From Planctomycetota bacterium (GTDB lineage: Bacteria; Planctomycetota; UBA1135; UBA2386), in NCBI GenBank assembly GCA_046290465.1, contig JBKAGP010000001.1, positions 1,440,001-1,504,000 on the forward strand: a DNA stretch of 64,000 bases, written 5' to 3'. Both the position numbers and the translations under genes were made by a program. The notes beneath the pieces were generated by a model. That model ran no database searches. It saw only the letters and a program-made list of their open reading frames with translations, and was not told the DNA's origin. Shown here piece by piece: positions 10,279-19,332 of this stretch. Position 1 is the first letter of the stretch, and every line of letters starts with the position of its first letter.

Positions 10279-10704
10279 CTATCGCATCGCCGGGGTGCCG
10301 CCGCTGCGCTCCTGCTTGCGCAGCGCGGAGTTCTTGCGGTCGGTGCGCCGCTCGAGGAAGCGGCCCAGCAGGCCGAAGAACTCCTTCACCGCGATCGGCG
10401 TCTGCACGAACGAGTGGATGTCGTACTTCGACTTGTCGACCGCCATGTCCTTGACGTTGCGCGGCGCCGTCAGCACGAACAGCTCGGTGGTCTTGTCGAA
10501 CGAGCGCAGGTGCTGGAGCACCTTGACGGTGTCCTTCTCGCGCGGGTCGACGCCGAGGAACACGCAGTCGAAGCGCTTGCTGCGCGCCTGGCTGACGCCG
10601 GCATGGCCTTGGCCCACCGTGACGTGGAACTCCTCGAACTGCTGGAGGCCGACCTTCACCTGGTCGCGGATCAACGGGTCCTTCTCGACGAGCAGCACTT
10701 CCAT
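10279..10704 (-). CDS. Stand-alone receiver-like (pseudo-receiver) domain protein
   Basis: VLLVEKD...FDCVFLG...FVLTA...FVQTP; CheY-like pattern but phospho-acceptor Asp absent. Confidence 0.75.
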   Translation of the reverse strand: MEVLLVEKDPLIRDQVKVGLQQFEEFHVTVGQGHAGVSQARSKRFDCVFLGVDPREKDTVKVLQHLRSFDKTTELFVLTAPRNVKDMAVDKSKYDIHSFVQTPIAVKEFFGLLGRFLERRTDRKNSALRKQERSGGTPAMR

Positions 10705-10807
10705 GGCTCGGGTATCGGCAGTTCGCGGCGACCTTTGGAGCGGTGCTGCCCAGATCGCGTTGGCATCGTGACTTGACGGTCGACCCGCGTTGGGCTGTCG
10801 TGCCGGG

Positions 10808-11773
10808 GTGAACTACCTCGCCGGCGTCGACGAAGCAGGCCTCGGCCCGATCCTCGGTCCGCTGGTGGTCGGCGGCGTCACGATGGCCGGCCCCGAGGGC
10901 ACCGCGCCTTGGCGGCTGCTGCAGCGTCACGTCAGCAAGCTCAAGCACGTCAAGGGCAAGGTCCGCGTCGCCGACAGCAAGAAGGTCAACTCGGGTCCGC
11001 ACGGGTTTCGGCGGCTCGAGGAGACCGCGCTGGTGTTCTGGACCGCGCTGCACGGCGAGCCGCCGGTGTCGCTGGCCGACTGGCTGCTGACCCTCGGCCA
11101 CGACCTCGAACCGCTGCGTCGCTGCCCGTGGTACGAGGGCCTGTCGCTGCAGCTGCCGCGCGTCGCCGACCGCGACTGGCTGTCGCTGACCGGCGAACTG
11201 GTCGCCCGCGCGCTGCGCAAGGGGGACACCGAACTGCTCGACATCGCCGTTCGCGCGGTCGACGTCGAGGAGTGGAACGTGCTGATCGCCGACACCGACA
11301 ACAAGAGCAAGGCCCACTTCCACGCCTACAGCGAGGTGCTCGGCGACCTGGTCGGCCGGCTGCTGCCGCGCATCGGTGCCGACGACGCCTGCCAACTGGT
11401 CGCCGACCGTTGTGGCGGCCGCATGCACTACCGCAACGACCTGGCGCGGCTGTTCCCGGCGGCCGACGTGCGCATCGTCGACGAGCGACCGAGCCGTTCG
11501 ACCTACCGCCTGCGCCGGGACCAGCGCGACGTCACCGTGACGTTCGCCGAGCGCGCCGAGGACCGCGCGTTCCCGACCGCGCTGGCCAGCTGCTTTGCCA
11601 AGTACCTGCGCGAGCTGATGGTCGAGTGCCTCAACAGCTGGTTCCGTTCGCGCGTGCCGGACCTCAAGCCGACGGCCGGCTACTACGTCGACGGCCACCG
11701 CTTCCTCGACGACATCCAGCCGCAGATCGACGAACTCGCGCTGCCCCGCCACCGGCTCGTGCGCGTTCGCTGA
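10808..11773 (+). CDS. RNase HII-like protein (long variant)
   Basis: AGVDEAGLGPILGPLVV, ADSKK, ALASCFAK, GYYVD. Confidence 0.8.
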   Translation: MNYLAGVDEAGLGPILGPLVVGGVTMAGPEGTAPWRLLQRHVSKLKHVKGKVRVADSKKVNSGPHGFRRLEETALVFWTALHGEPPVSLADWLLTLGHDLEPLRRCPWYEGLSLQLPRVADRDWLSLTGELVARALRKGDTELLDIAVRAVDVEEWNVLIADTDNKSKAHFHAYSEVLGDLVGRLLPRIGADDACQLVADRCGGRMHYRNDLARLFPAADVRIVDERPSRSTYRLRRDQRDVTVTFAERAEDRAFPTALASCFAKYLRELMVECLNSWFRSRVPDLKPTAGYYVDGHRFLDDIQPQIDELALPRHRLVRVR

Positions 11774-11801
11774 GCGTTCGGGGGCCGGGTTCGGCGTACG
11801 A

Positions 11802-11835
11802 AAGTTGGAGGATGAACCGCGTACCGTACGGCTAC
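11802..11835 (-). repeat. REP-like element family B, single arm (GTAGCCGTACGGTACGCGGTTCATCCTCCAACTT)
   Basis: Near-identical to the arms of the inverted repeat at 32624-32700; starts with GTAG; lies between convergent genes. Confidence 0.8.
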
Positions 11836-14414
11836 TTTCGGGTGGCTCGGGTGCGGGCTTCCTGGGCGAGCGGGTGGTCGTCGGGGATGTGGTCGGTGAA
11901 GGACTGGACGGCGCGGGCGGCGGCTTCGGTGGCGGGGCTGGGGCGGCCGGCGGCGTCGAGTGCGCGGGCTCGCAGCAGCCAGGTGAAGCCGGGGAACTGC
12001 GGCGGCAGCTGCTCGTGGTCGGCGCGCTCGAGGCGGCGCAGCAACTCGCCGGTGATCTCGTCGGCGCCGTCGACGTCGCCGGCGGCGAGGCGCGCCATCG
12101 CCAGGTTGTGGCCGGCGTTGAACGTCCCGGGATGCACCTCGCCGCGGTCGGCGCTGACCGCCTCGAACGCGCGCGCCATCAGCGTCGCCGCACCCCCGGC
12201 GTCGCCGCGCTGGCTCTTGGCCGCGGCGAGCGCCTGCAGCACGTCCATGGTGCGGTAGTCGCGCTCGCCGAACGTGCGTTCGCAGCGCACCAGCAGGTCG
12301 GTCGCCAGCTCGTGCAGCTCTTCGAACGCACGCTGCGCGTAGAGCACCTTGAGCAGGTGGTAGCCGCAGCCGATCGTGATCTGGTGGTCGGGCCCGACCA
12401 TCGCGTCGTACTCGGCCATCATCTCGCGGTGCTTCTGCGCCGCCTCGTCGAGCCGGCCGAGCTCGCGCCAGACCTCGGCCAGGTTGTCCTCGATCTGCAG
12501 CCGCGACGCCGCCGGCACGTTGCCGTCCCGACAGCGCTGCACCGCGGCCGACAGCGTGCGCTCGGCAGCCTCGAACCGGTCGAGGTGCAGCTGCAGGTTG
12601 CCGAGGTTGTGCATCGTCACGATGGTGTCGTCGTGCTCGGGTCCGAGCAGCCGTTCGCGCGCCGCCAGCACCTCGACGAACAGGTCCATCGCCTCGCGCA
12701 GCCGGCCCTCGTGCCGCAGCACGTAGGCACGGTGGTGCTGCACCGTCCACCACAGGGCGTCGTCGGCCGCCTCTCCCGGGAACTGCGCTACCATCGCGTC
12801 AACCACCGCCCGCGCCGCACCGGTCTTGCCCTGCTCTCGCAGCGCGACCAGCAGGTCGACCGCGCAGCGCACCGCCCGCGGCGAACCAGCACCCTCCACC
12901 TGCAGCCATAGCTCGCGCGCGCGCCGCAGGTGCGGCTCGGCGACCGCCGGCAGCGACAGGCTGCGGTAGGTGCCGCCGATCAGCTGCTGCAGCTCGGCCT
13001 CGATCTCCGGATCCTCGAAGGTCTCGTCGGCGAGGTTCGCCGCCGCCACGTCCAGCGCCTCGCGCACCGTGTAGTCGCGGCCGCGCGCCGACATCAGCGA
13101 CGACTCGGCCAGGAAGTCCTGGGCGAACCGGGCGACCCGCCTGGACACACGCCCGCGCCGCTCGAGTTCGACGTTCTGCTCGCGCAGCACCTGCTGGCCG
13201 CGTTCGAGCTCGGCGTTCTGCGCCAGCACGACGACCACGCCGACCGCCAGCAGCGCGACGATCGTCGCCAGCGACGCGACCAGCCCGCGCCGCCGCCGCG
13301 CGAACATGCGCATCTGGTAGAACGTGCTCGGTGCCCGCGCCCGCACCGGCCGCTCCTCGAGGAACGCGCGCAGGTCCTCGGCGAACTCCAGCACCGAGCC
13401 GTAGCGATCGTCGGGGTCGCGACGCAGCGCCTTCTGCAGCACGACCTCGAGGTCGCGGTCGGCGCCGCGCACCACCGTCGACAGCCGCGGCGCGTCCTGG
13501 TTCTCGACCGTCTCGGCGACGACCAGCGGCGTGGTCTCGTCGAACACGAACGGCCGGCGCCCGGCCAGCAGCTCGAACAGCACGACGCCGAGCGAGTAGA
13601 TGTCGCTGCGCAGGTCGACCAGCCGACCGCGCAGCTGCTCGGGGCTCATGTAGTGCAGCGTGCCGAGCACGATGCCGCCCTCGGTCAGGTCGGCGTCGCC
13701 GGCCATGCTGCGCGCGATGCCGAAGTCGATCACCTTGGTGCGGCCGCCGTCGTCGACCAGCACGTTCTGCGGCTTGAGGTCGCGGTGCACGACCCCCTGC
13801 AGGTGGCCGTGGTGCACCGCGTCGCAGACCTGCAGGAACAGCTCGATGCGCTGGCGCTGGTCGAGGTCCTGGTCGCGGCTGTGGTGGATCAGGTCGCGCG
13901 CGCCGGGCACCAGCTCCATCGCGAACCACGGCAGCTCGATGTCGCCCGCCTCCTGCACGCCGACGGCGAACACCTGCGCGATGCCGGGGTGGCGCAGGTT
14001 GCCGAGCACCTCGGCCTCCCACTGGAAGCGTCGCACCGCCTGCTCGCTGGCCAGCGCCAGCGACAGCACCTTGAGCGCGACCTTGCGCCGCGGTCGGTCC
14101 TGTTCGGCCTCGTAGACGGTGCCCATGCCGCCGCTGCCGAGCACGCGCTGCAGCTCGAACGCGCCGACCCGGGCGCCGACGCCGACCTTGCGCTGCGGCA
14201 TGAACAGCTCGGCGCCGCGCTCGAGCAGGCTGGCCAGGTCGGTGCGCTGTTCGTCGCAGGCCAGCAGCTCCTCGACGTCGGCGCGCAGGGTGGCGTCGCC
14301 GTCGCACTGCTGCGCCAGCACCGCGTCCCGTTCGCCCGACGGCAGATCGACGACCTGCTCGAACAGGTCCCGGACCCGCCGGAACGACGCCGCGCCGGAC
14401 GGATCAGGCGTCAT
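11832..14414 (-). CDS. Ser/Thr kinase with TM and C-terminal TPR repeats
   Basis: LGSGGMGTVY, HRDLKPQN, IDFGIA, GTLHYMSPE; TPR repeats (LGPEHDDT, HNLG); N-terminal 'LRADVEELLA' typical of ECF-coupled kinases. Confidence 0.93.
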   Translation of the reverse strand: MTPDPSGAASFRRVRDLFEQVVDLPSGERDAVLAQQCDGDATLRADVEELLACDEQRTDLASLLERGAELFMPQRKVGVGARVGAFELQRVLGSGGMGTVYEAEQDRPRRKVALKVLSLALASEQAVRRFQWEAEVLGNLRHPGIAQVFAVGVQEAGDIELPWFAMELVPGARDLIHHSRDQDLDQRQRIELFLQVCDAVHHGHLQGVVHRDLKPQNVLVDDGGRTKVIDFGIARSMAGDADLTEGGIVLGTLHYMSPEQLRGRLVDLRSDIYSLGVVLFELLAGRRPFVFDETTPLVVAETVENQDAPRLSTVVRGADRDLEVVLQKALRRDPDDRYGSVLEFAEDLRAFLEERPVRARAPSTFYQMRMFARRRRGLVASLATIVALLAVGVVVVLAQNAELERGQQVLREQNVELERRGRVSRRVARFAQDFLAESSLMSARGRDYTVREALDVAAANLADETFEDPEIEAELQQLIGGTYRSLSLPAVAEPHLRRARELWLQVEGAGSPRAVRCAVDLLVALREQGKTGAARAVVDAMVAQFPGEAADDALWWTVQHHRAYVLRHEGRLREAMDLFVEVLAARERLLGPEHDDTIVTMHNLGNLQLHLDRFEAAERTLSAAVQRCRDGNVPAASRLQIEDNLAEVWRELGRLDEAAQKHREMMAEYDAMVGPDHQITIGCGYHLLKVLYAQRAFEELHELATDLLVRCERTFGERDYRTMDVLQALAAAKSQRGDAGGAATLMARAFEAVSADRGEVHPGTFNAGHNLAMARLAAGDVDGADEITGELLRRLERADHEQLPPQFPGFTWLLRARALDAAGRPSPATEAAARAVQSFTDHIPDDHPLAQEARTRATRK

Positions 14415-15003
14415 GCTCCGCTCCGAGGTCGAGTTCGCGCACCAGGAACGCGCGCGCCGTGCGCCAGCTGCGTTCGACCGAGCGCAGCGACGTGCCGAGC
14501 GCGGCGGCCGCGGCGCGGTTGTCGAGCCCGCCGAAGAAACGCAGTTCGACCAGTTCGGCGAGCTGCGGATCGAGGGCCGCGAGCCGCGCCAGGATCTCGT
14601 CGATGGCGAGCAGGCTCGCGGCGTCGTCGCGCACCGCGACCAGGTCGGCGTCGAACGCGACGCGCCGGTCGGCCGCCCGTTTCTGGGCCTTGCGCGCACG
14701 GGCATGGTCGACCAGCACCCGCCGCATCGCGCGCGCGGCAACCCGCAGGAAGTGGCCGCGGTCGTCGTAGCCGCCACCGGGCGCGACCAGGCGCAGGAAC
14801 GCTTCGTTCATCAACGCGGTCGGCTGCAGCGTGTGGCTGCTGCGTTCGCTACCCATCATGCGGCCCGCCAGCCGATGCAGTTCGTCGTAGACCAACGGGA
14901 ACAGCTGGTCGGCGGCGCCGGCCTCACCGGCGCCGACCGCGCGCAGCAGGCGGGTCGTATGATCCCGCGTCGGCTGGTCGGGTTCCGGGGCGGCCTCCAC
15001 CAT
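14404..15003 (-). CDS. ECF sigma factor (kinase-associated, planctomycete type)
   Basis: LFPLVYDELHRLA, HTLQPTAL, AMRRVLVDHAR, VELRFFGG, VERSWRTARAFL; overlaps kinase start. Confidence 0.92.
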   Translation of the reverse strand: MVEAAPEPDQPTRDHTTRLLRAVGAGEAGAADQLFPLVYDELHRLAGRMMGSERSSHTLQPTALMNEAFLRLVAPGGGYDDRGHFLRVAARAMRRVLVDHARARKAQKRAADRRVAFDADLVAVRDDAASLLAIDEILARLAALDPQLAELVELRFFGGLDNRAAAAALGTSLRSVERSWRTARAFLVRELDLGAEHDA

Positions 15004-15138
15004 GGTCCGAGTTCTACCACGGATCGCCGGCCGGACGGCGGCAGCACGACTGGCTCGGGTCACGTTCACGTCGCGTGCGGCGCAAGAACGGCCCGCCGCC
15101 CGCCACGAAAGGTCGGTGGCGTCGCCGAAAATCGCGGT

Positions 15139-15609
15139 TCAGGCGTCGGCGAAGCCGTCGTCGTCGAGCAGGCCCGCGCCGTTGGCCGCCTCGACCGCCA
15201 GCGTGTCGCAGCGCTCGTTCTCGGGATCGCCACTGTGGCCCTTGACCCAGTGCCAACGGACCTCGTGGTCGGCGACCGCGGCGATCAGGCGCCGCCACAG
15301 GTCCTGGTTCTTGACCGGCTGCTTCGACGCGGTCTTCCAGCCGCGCTTTTGCCAGCCGGCCAGCCAGCCCTTGCTCATCGCGTTGACGACGTAGGTCGAG
15401 TCCGAATACAGGTCGACCGCACACGGCCGGCTCAGCGCCTCGAGGCCGACGATCGCGCCGAGCAGCTCCATCCGGTTGTTGGTGGTCAGGCGGTAGCCCT
15501 GCTGCAGTTCCTTGCGGTGATCCCCGAACAGCATCACCGTTCCGTAGCCGCCGCGGCCGGGGTTGCCGAGGCAGGCGCCGTCGCTGTAGATCGTGACGCG
15601 GTCCGTCAT
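15139..15609 (-). CDS. rnhA: Ribonuclease HI
   Basis: [43 protein letters not shown]. Confidence 0.97.
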   Translation of the reverse strand: MTDRVTIYSDGACLGNPGRGGYGTVMLFGDHRKELQQGYRLTTNNRMELLGAIVGLEALSRPCAVDLYSDSTYVVNAMSKGWLAGWQKRGWKTASKQPVKNQDLWRRLIAAVADHEVRWHWVKGHSGDPENERCDTLAVEAANGAGLLDDDGFADA

Positions 15610-15673
15610 GGACGACCGAGATACCCGCGCGACGCGCCGCGCTCAACGACGAGCCTGCGAAGCCGCAGCCGGT

Positions 15674-17284
15674 CTAGTCGACCACACCGCTGGTCGCCGC
15701 CGCCTCCGGGTCCGGCCGGAACGCGTCCGGGTCAGCCATCGCGAACGAGCGCTGCCAGGCCTCCGGGATCTCCTCGCCGAGCAGCTGGCCCTTCTTCAGG
15801 TAGGGATAGATCTCGCTGTAGGTCCGGATCTCGGTCGGCGACGTGCGCCGGTGGATGTGCCACGGCCGCAGTTCGTCCGGGTGCGACAGCCCCGCGGCGC
15901 CGAGCGTCTCGAGGAACGCTTGCACGGTCTCCTTCTGCCAGCTCGCGACGCGCTGCGTCTTGTGCGTGATCACCAACCCGCCAGAGAGGCCCGGATCCTG
16001 GGTCGCGACCCCGACCGGGCAATCGTTGCTGTTGCAGCGCAGCGCCTGGATGCAGCCGAGCGAGAACATGAAGCCGCGCGCCGAGTTGCACAGGTCCGCG
16101 CCGGCCGCGATCCGCTGCGCGATCTGGAAGCCGGTGATGATCCGCCCCGACGCGATGATGCGCACGTCCTGGCGCAGGCCGAAGCCCTCGAGCGCGTTGT
16201 GCACGAACACGATGCCCTCGGTCAAAGGCGTGCCGATCGAGTTGGAGAACTCGAGCGGGGCGGCGCCGGTGCCGCCCTCGCCGCCGTCGACGGTGATGAA
16301 GTCCGGCACGATGCCGGTCGCGACCATCGCCTTGCAGATGCCGAGGAACTCGGCGCGGTGGCCGACGCACAGCTTGAAGCCGACCGGCTTGCCCGACCGT
16401 TCGCGCAGCTGCTGCACGAACTGCAGCAGCCCGCGCGGTGTCGAGAACGCGGTGTGGTACGGCGGCGACAGCACGTCCTCGCCCAGCGGCACGCCGCGGA
16501 TCGCGGCGATCTCCTCGGTGACCTTGGCCGCCGGCAGGATGCCGCCGTGGCCCGGCTTGGCACCCTGCGACAGCTTGATCTCGATCAGCCGCACCTGCGG
16601 CAGCTGCGCCTTCTCGGCGAACGCTTCGATGTCGAACGTGCCATCGCGGTTGCGGCAACCGAAGTAGCCGGTGCCGATCTGCCAGCACAGGTCGCCGCCC
16701 GGCTCGAGGTGGTGCGCGCTGATGCCGCCCTCGCCGGTGTTGTGGAAGAAGTGGCCGATCCGGGCGCCGCCGTTGAGCGAACGGATCGCGTTGGCCGACA
16801 GCGAGCCGAAGCTCATCGCCGAGACGTTCAGCACCGCGGCGGCGTACGGCTGCTCGCAGCGACCTTCCCCCAGCCGGATGCGCGGCACGTCGTGCACCTG
16901 CCGCGCGGTGATCGAGTGGTTCAACCACTCGTAGCCGACCTCGTAGACGTCGCGCTGGGTGCCGAACGGCACCGTGTCGCGCTGCTTCTTGGCGCGCTGG
17001 TAGACCACCGAGCGCAGCTCGCGGCTGAACGGCTTGCCGTCGGTGTTGGACTCGATGAAGTACTGGTTGATCTCCGGCCGGATCATCTCGAACAGGTAGC
17101 GGAAGTGCCCGATGACCGGAAAGTTCCGCAGCACCGCGCGGCGGGTCTGCAGCGAGTCCTTGATGCCGAGCAGCACCACCGGCACGACGAACACGTAGAG
17201 CCAGTAGAGCGGCTGCCACAGCCACCCGAGGAACCCGACGAGCGCGAGGACGGCGACCGCGATGGTGTAGAACCAGTGACGCAT
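15674..17284 (-). CDS. FMN-binding glutamate synthase family protein
   Basis: SAMSFGSLS, NTGEGG, EIKLSQGAKPGHGG, DGGEGGTGAAP, GCIQALRCNSNDCPVG. Confidence 0.93.
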   Translation of the reverse strand: MRHWFYTIAVAVLALVGFLGWLWQPLYWLYVFVVPVVLLGIKDSLQTRRAVLRNFPVIGHFRYLFEMIRPEINQYFIESNTDGKPFSRELRSVVYQRAKKQRDTVPFGTQRDVYEVGYEWLNHSITARQVHDVPRIRLGEGRCEQPYAAAVLNVSAMSFGSLSANAIRSLNGGARIGHFFHNTGEGGISAHHLEPGGDLCWQIGTGYFGCRNRDGTFDIEAFAEKAQLPQVRLIEIKLSQGAKPGHGGILPAAKVTEEIAAIRGVPLGEDVLSPPYHTAFSTPRGLLQFVQQLRERSGKPVGFKLCVGHRAEFLGICKAMVATGIVPDFITVDGGEGGTGAAPLEFSNSIGTPLTEGIVFVHNALEGFGLRQDVRIIASGRIITGFQIAQRIAAGADLCNSARGFMFSLGCIQALRCNSNDCPVGVATQDPGLSGGLVITHKTQRVASWQKETVQAFLETLGAAGLSHPDELRPWHIHRRTSPTEIRTYSEIYPYLKKGQLLGEEIPEAWQRSFAMADPDAFRPDPEAAATSGVVD

Positions 17285-17293
17285 CGGCGCACC

Positions 17294-17872
17294 TTATCCG
17301 GAGCGCCGCGCGAACTCCGACAGCTCAGGCCACAGTTCGGCGAAGTCGGCCTCGAAGGCGTCGTAGTGGCGGCGCAGCTCGCCGGTCACCGTCGCCAGCG
17401 GCTGCGAGCGCCGGCCGCGGCGCGACATCGCGCGCAGCACCTTGTCGATCCCGTCGACGGTGCCGTACATGCCGAGCCAGCGGTGCCGGGCCATCCGTTC
17501 GTGCAGCGCGCGCAGCTCGGGTGGCAGCAGCTCGCGATGCCGTTCGAGATCGGCGTGCACGTCGTCGACGAACGCGCCGAGCGGGCGGCCGTCGCCGTGC
17601 AGGTGCCAGTCGCGCGCCAGGTAGTGGTCGTAGAACACGTCGAGCGCGACGCCCGCGAAGCGGCGCCACGGCTCGCCGAACCGGGCCCGGCTGCGGCGGT
17701 GCACCAGGTGCGCGTCGACGAAGCGATCGACCGCGCGGTGCTGTTCGATGCCGCGCCGCACGTCGGCATGCAGCAGGCTGGTGTCGATGCCGCGCACGAA
17801 GTCCCCCGCCAGGTTGCCGAGTCGCACCAGCGGCTCGTCGTCCGCCAGCCGCAGGTGCGCCAGCCAGTTCAC
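17294..17872 (-). CDS. acpH: Acyl carrier protein phosphodiesterase
   Basis: NWLAHL...GNLAGDFVRG...HRAVDRFVD...DVFYDHYLA. Confidence 0.88.
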   Translation of the reverse strand: MNWLAHLRLADDEPLVRLGNLAGDFVRGIDTSLLHADVRRGIEQHRAVDRFVDAHLVHRRSRARFGEPWRRFAGVALDVFYDHYLARDWHLHGDGRPLGAFVDDVHADLERHRELLPPELRALHERMARHRWLGMYGTVDGIDKVLRAMSRRGRRSQPLATVTGELRRHYDAFEADFAELWPELSEFARRSG

Positions 17873-18624
17873 GCGTCGTCCCCCAGGCGTTCGGTCTCGT
17901 GCCGCAGCGCGCGGCGCGCGATCCGACCGATCCAGACCACCACCGCCACCGTCGCGACGATCGCGAGCGCGGTCGACCACAGGCTGCCGCCGGCCTTCCA
18001 GTCGAGTTCGGACAGCTGCGCCCCGACCAGCGCGACCCCCACCGAGCGCGGCGCGATCCCGATCATGGTCGCACACAGAAACGCCCACGAGCGCACCCCG
18101 AACGCGGCCATCAGCAGGTTGGTCGCCGCGAACGGCATCAGCGGTGACAGCCGCAGCAGCGCGATCAGCCAGACGGTGCGGCCGAAGCTGCGGCCGAGCA
18201 GTGCAGCGTGCACGCGGCGCGCGTTCGGCGAGACGGCGATCGCTTCGAGCACGCGCCCGCCGACGACGCGCGACCACAGCGAAAAGCCGACCGACGCCGC
18301 GACCAGCACGACCGAAAAGCCGACCGTCGTGCCGAGCCACGTGCCGAACAGGTAGCCGGCCAGCAGCGAGGTCGCGTGCGTCGGCATCAGGCAGCCGGCG
18401 GCGAGCGCAACCCCGACCAGCCAGAACACCAGCACCTCGCCGCCGCCGCCGCCCTCGAACCACGGCAGCCACGAGGCCGACGTCGCCACCAGCACGATCA
18501 GCCCGACCAACGGCCCACCCGACGCGAACAGCAGCAGCGGGCCGGCCGGGCCGAGCGCGCGCAGCAGCCCGCGCACGCGCCCGACCAGTCCCGGTCGTCG
18601 GCTCGGCGCGTCGTCGTCTGGCAT
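17869..18624 (-). CDS. TVP38/TMEM64 (DedA superfamily) membrane protein
   Basis: LLAGYLFG, LLRLSPLMPF, TMIGIAP; multiple TMs. Confidence 0.85.
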   Translation of the reverse strand: MPDDDAPSRRPGLVGRVRGLLRALGPAGPLLLFASGGPLVGLIVLVATSASWLPWFEGGGGGEVLVFWLVGVALAAGCLMPTHATSLLAGYLFGTWLGTTVGFSVVLVAASVGFSLWSRVVGGRVLEAIAVSPNARRVHAALLGRSFGRTVWLIALLRLSPLMPFAATNLLMAAFGVRSWAFLCATMIGIAPRSVGVALVGAQLSELDWKAGGSLWSTALAIVATVAVVVWIGRIARRALRHETERLGDDA

Positions 18625-18706
18625 CGGCCGCAGGCTCGGGCATCGGCCGGCACCGCGCAAGCACCTTGTCGCATCCGTCGGCGGCGAGCGCGCGAATCCG
18701 ACCCGC

Positions 18707-19261
18707 ATGGAACGCCCCCGCCGCCTGCTCTGGTTGCTGCTGCCGCTCGCCCTGTTCGTCGCGATGGGCACGACCTCCTGCTCGACCACCTGGCCGCGCC
18801 GCGACCCGAGCGGTGAGGTGCTGCCGCAGGTGACCGGCACCTCGCTCGCCGACCAGCCGGTGACGCTGCCCGACGTCGCCGCCGGCGAACCGCTGCTGCT
18901 GCTGATCGGCTACGTGCAGGACGCGCAGTTCGACCTCGACCGCTGGCTGCTCGGCCTCGACCAGCTCGGCTGGAAGACCCGCACGTTCGAGGTGCCGACC
19001 CTGCCCGGCATGCTGCCGCGCATGTTCGGCAACTTCATCGACGAGGGCATGCGCGGCGGCATCCCCGAGGAGGACTGGGCGGCCGTCGTGACGGTCTACG
19101 CGGAGGCCGACAAGCTGGCCGTCTTCACCGGCAACGAGGCAACCCGCAACGGCCGCATCCTGCTGCTCGACGGCGACGGCAAGGTGGTCTTCTACCACGA
19201 CCGCGGCTATTCGGTCGGTTCGCTGAAGGCGCTGGTCGAGGCGCGGCAGGCGCTGCCGTGA
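18707..19261 (+). CDS. Putative lipoprotein, thioredoxin-like fold without CxxC
   Basis: Signal peptide with TTSC; VTLPD...ILLLDGDGKVVF pattern. Confidence 0.6.
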   Translation: MERPRRLLWLLLPLALFVAMGTTSCSTTWPRRDPSGEVLPQVTGTSLADQPVTLPDVAAGEPLLLLIGYVQDAQFDLDRWLLGLDQLGWKTRTFEVPTLPGMLPRMFGNFIDEGMRGGIPEEDWAAVVTVYAEADKLAVFTGNEATRNGRILLLDGDGKVVFYHDRGYSVGSLKALVEARQALP

Positions 19262-19332
19262 GCCGGTTCGGCGCCGGACGCTTGCACAGCCTGTAACGGC
19301 TCGGGTGCAGCGGGTAGCCTGCTCGCCCTCCG

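Noticed and set aside
11832..15003. ECF sigma - Ser/Thr kinase pair as a novel system
   Set aside because: Well-known, abundant arrangement in Planctomycetota
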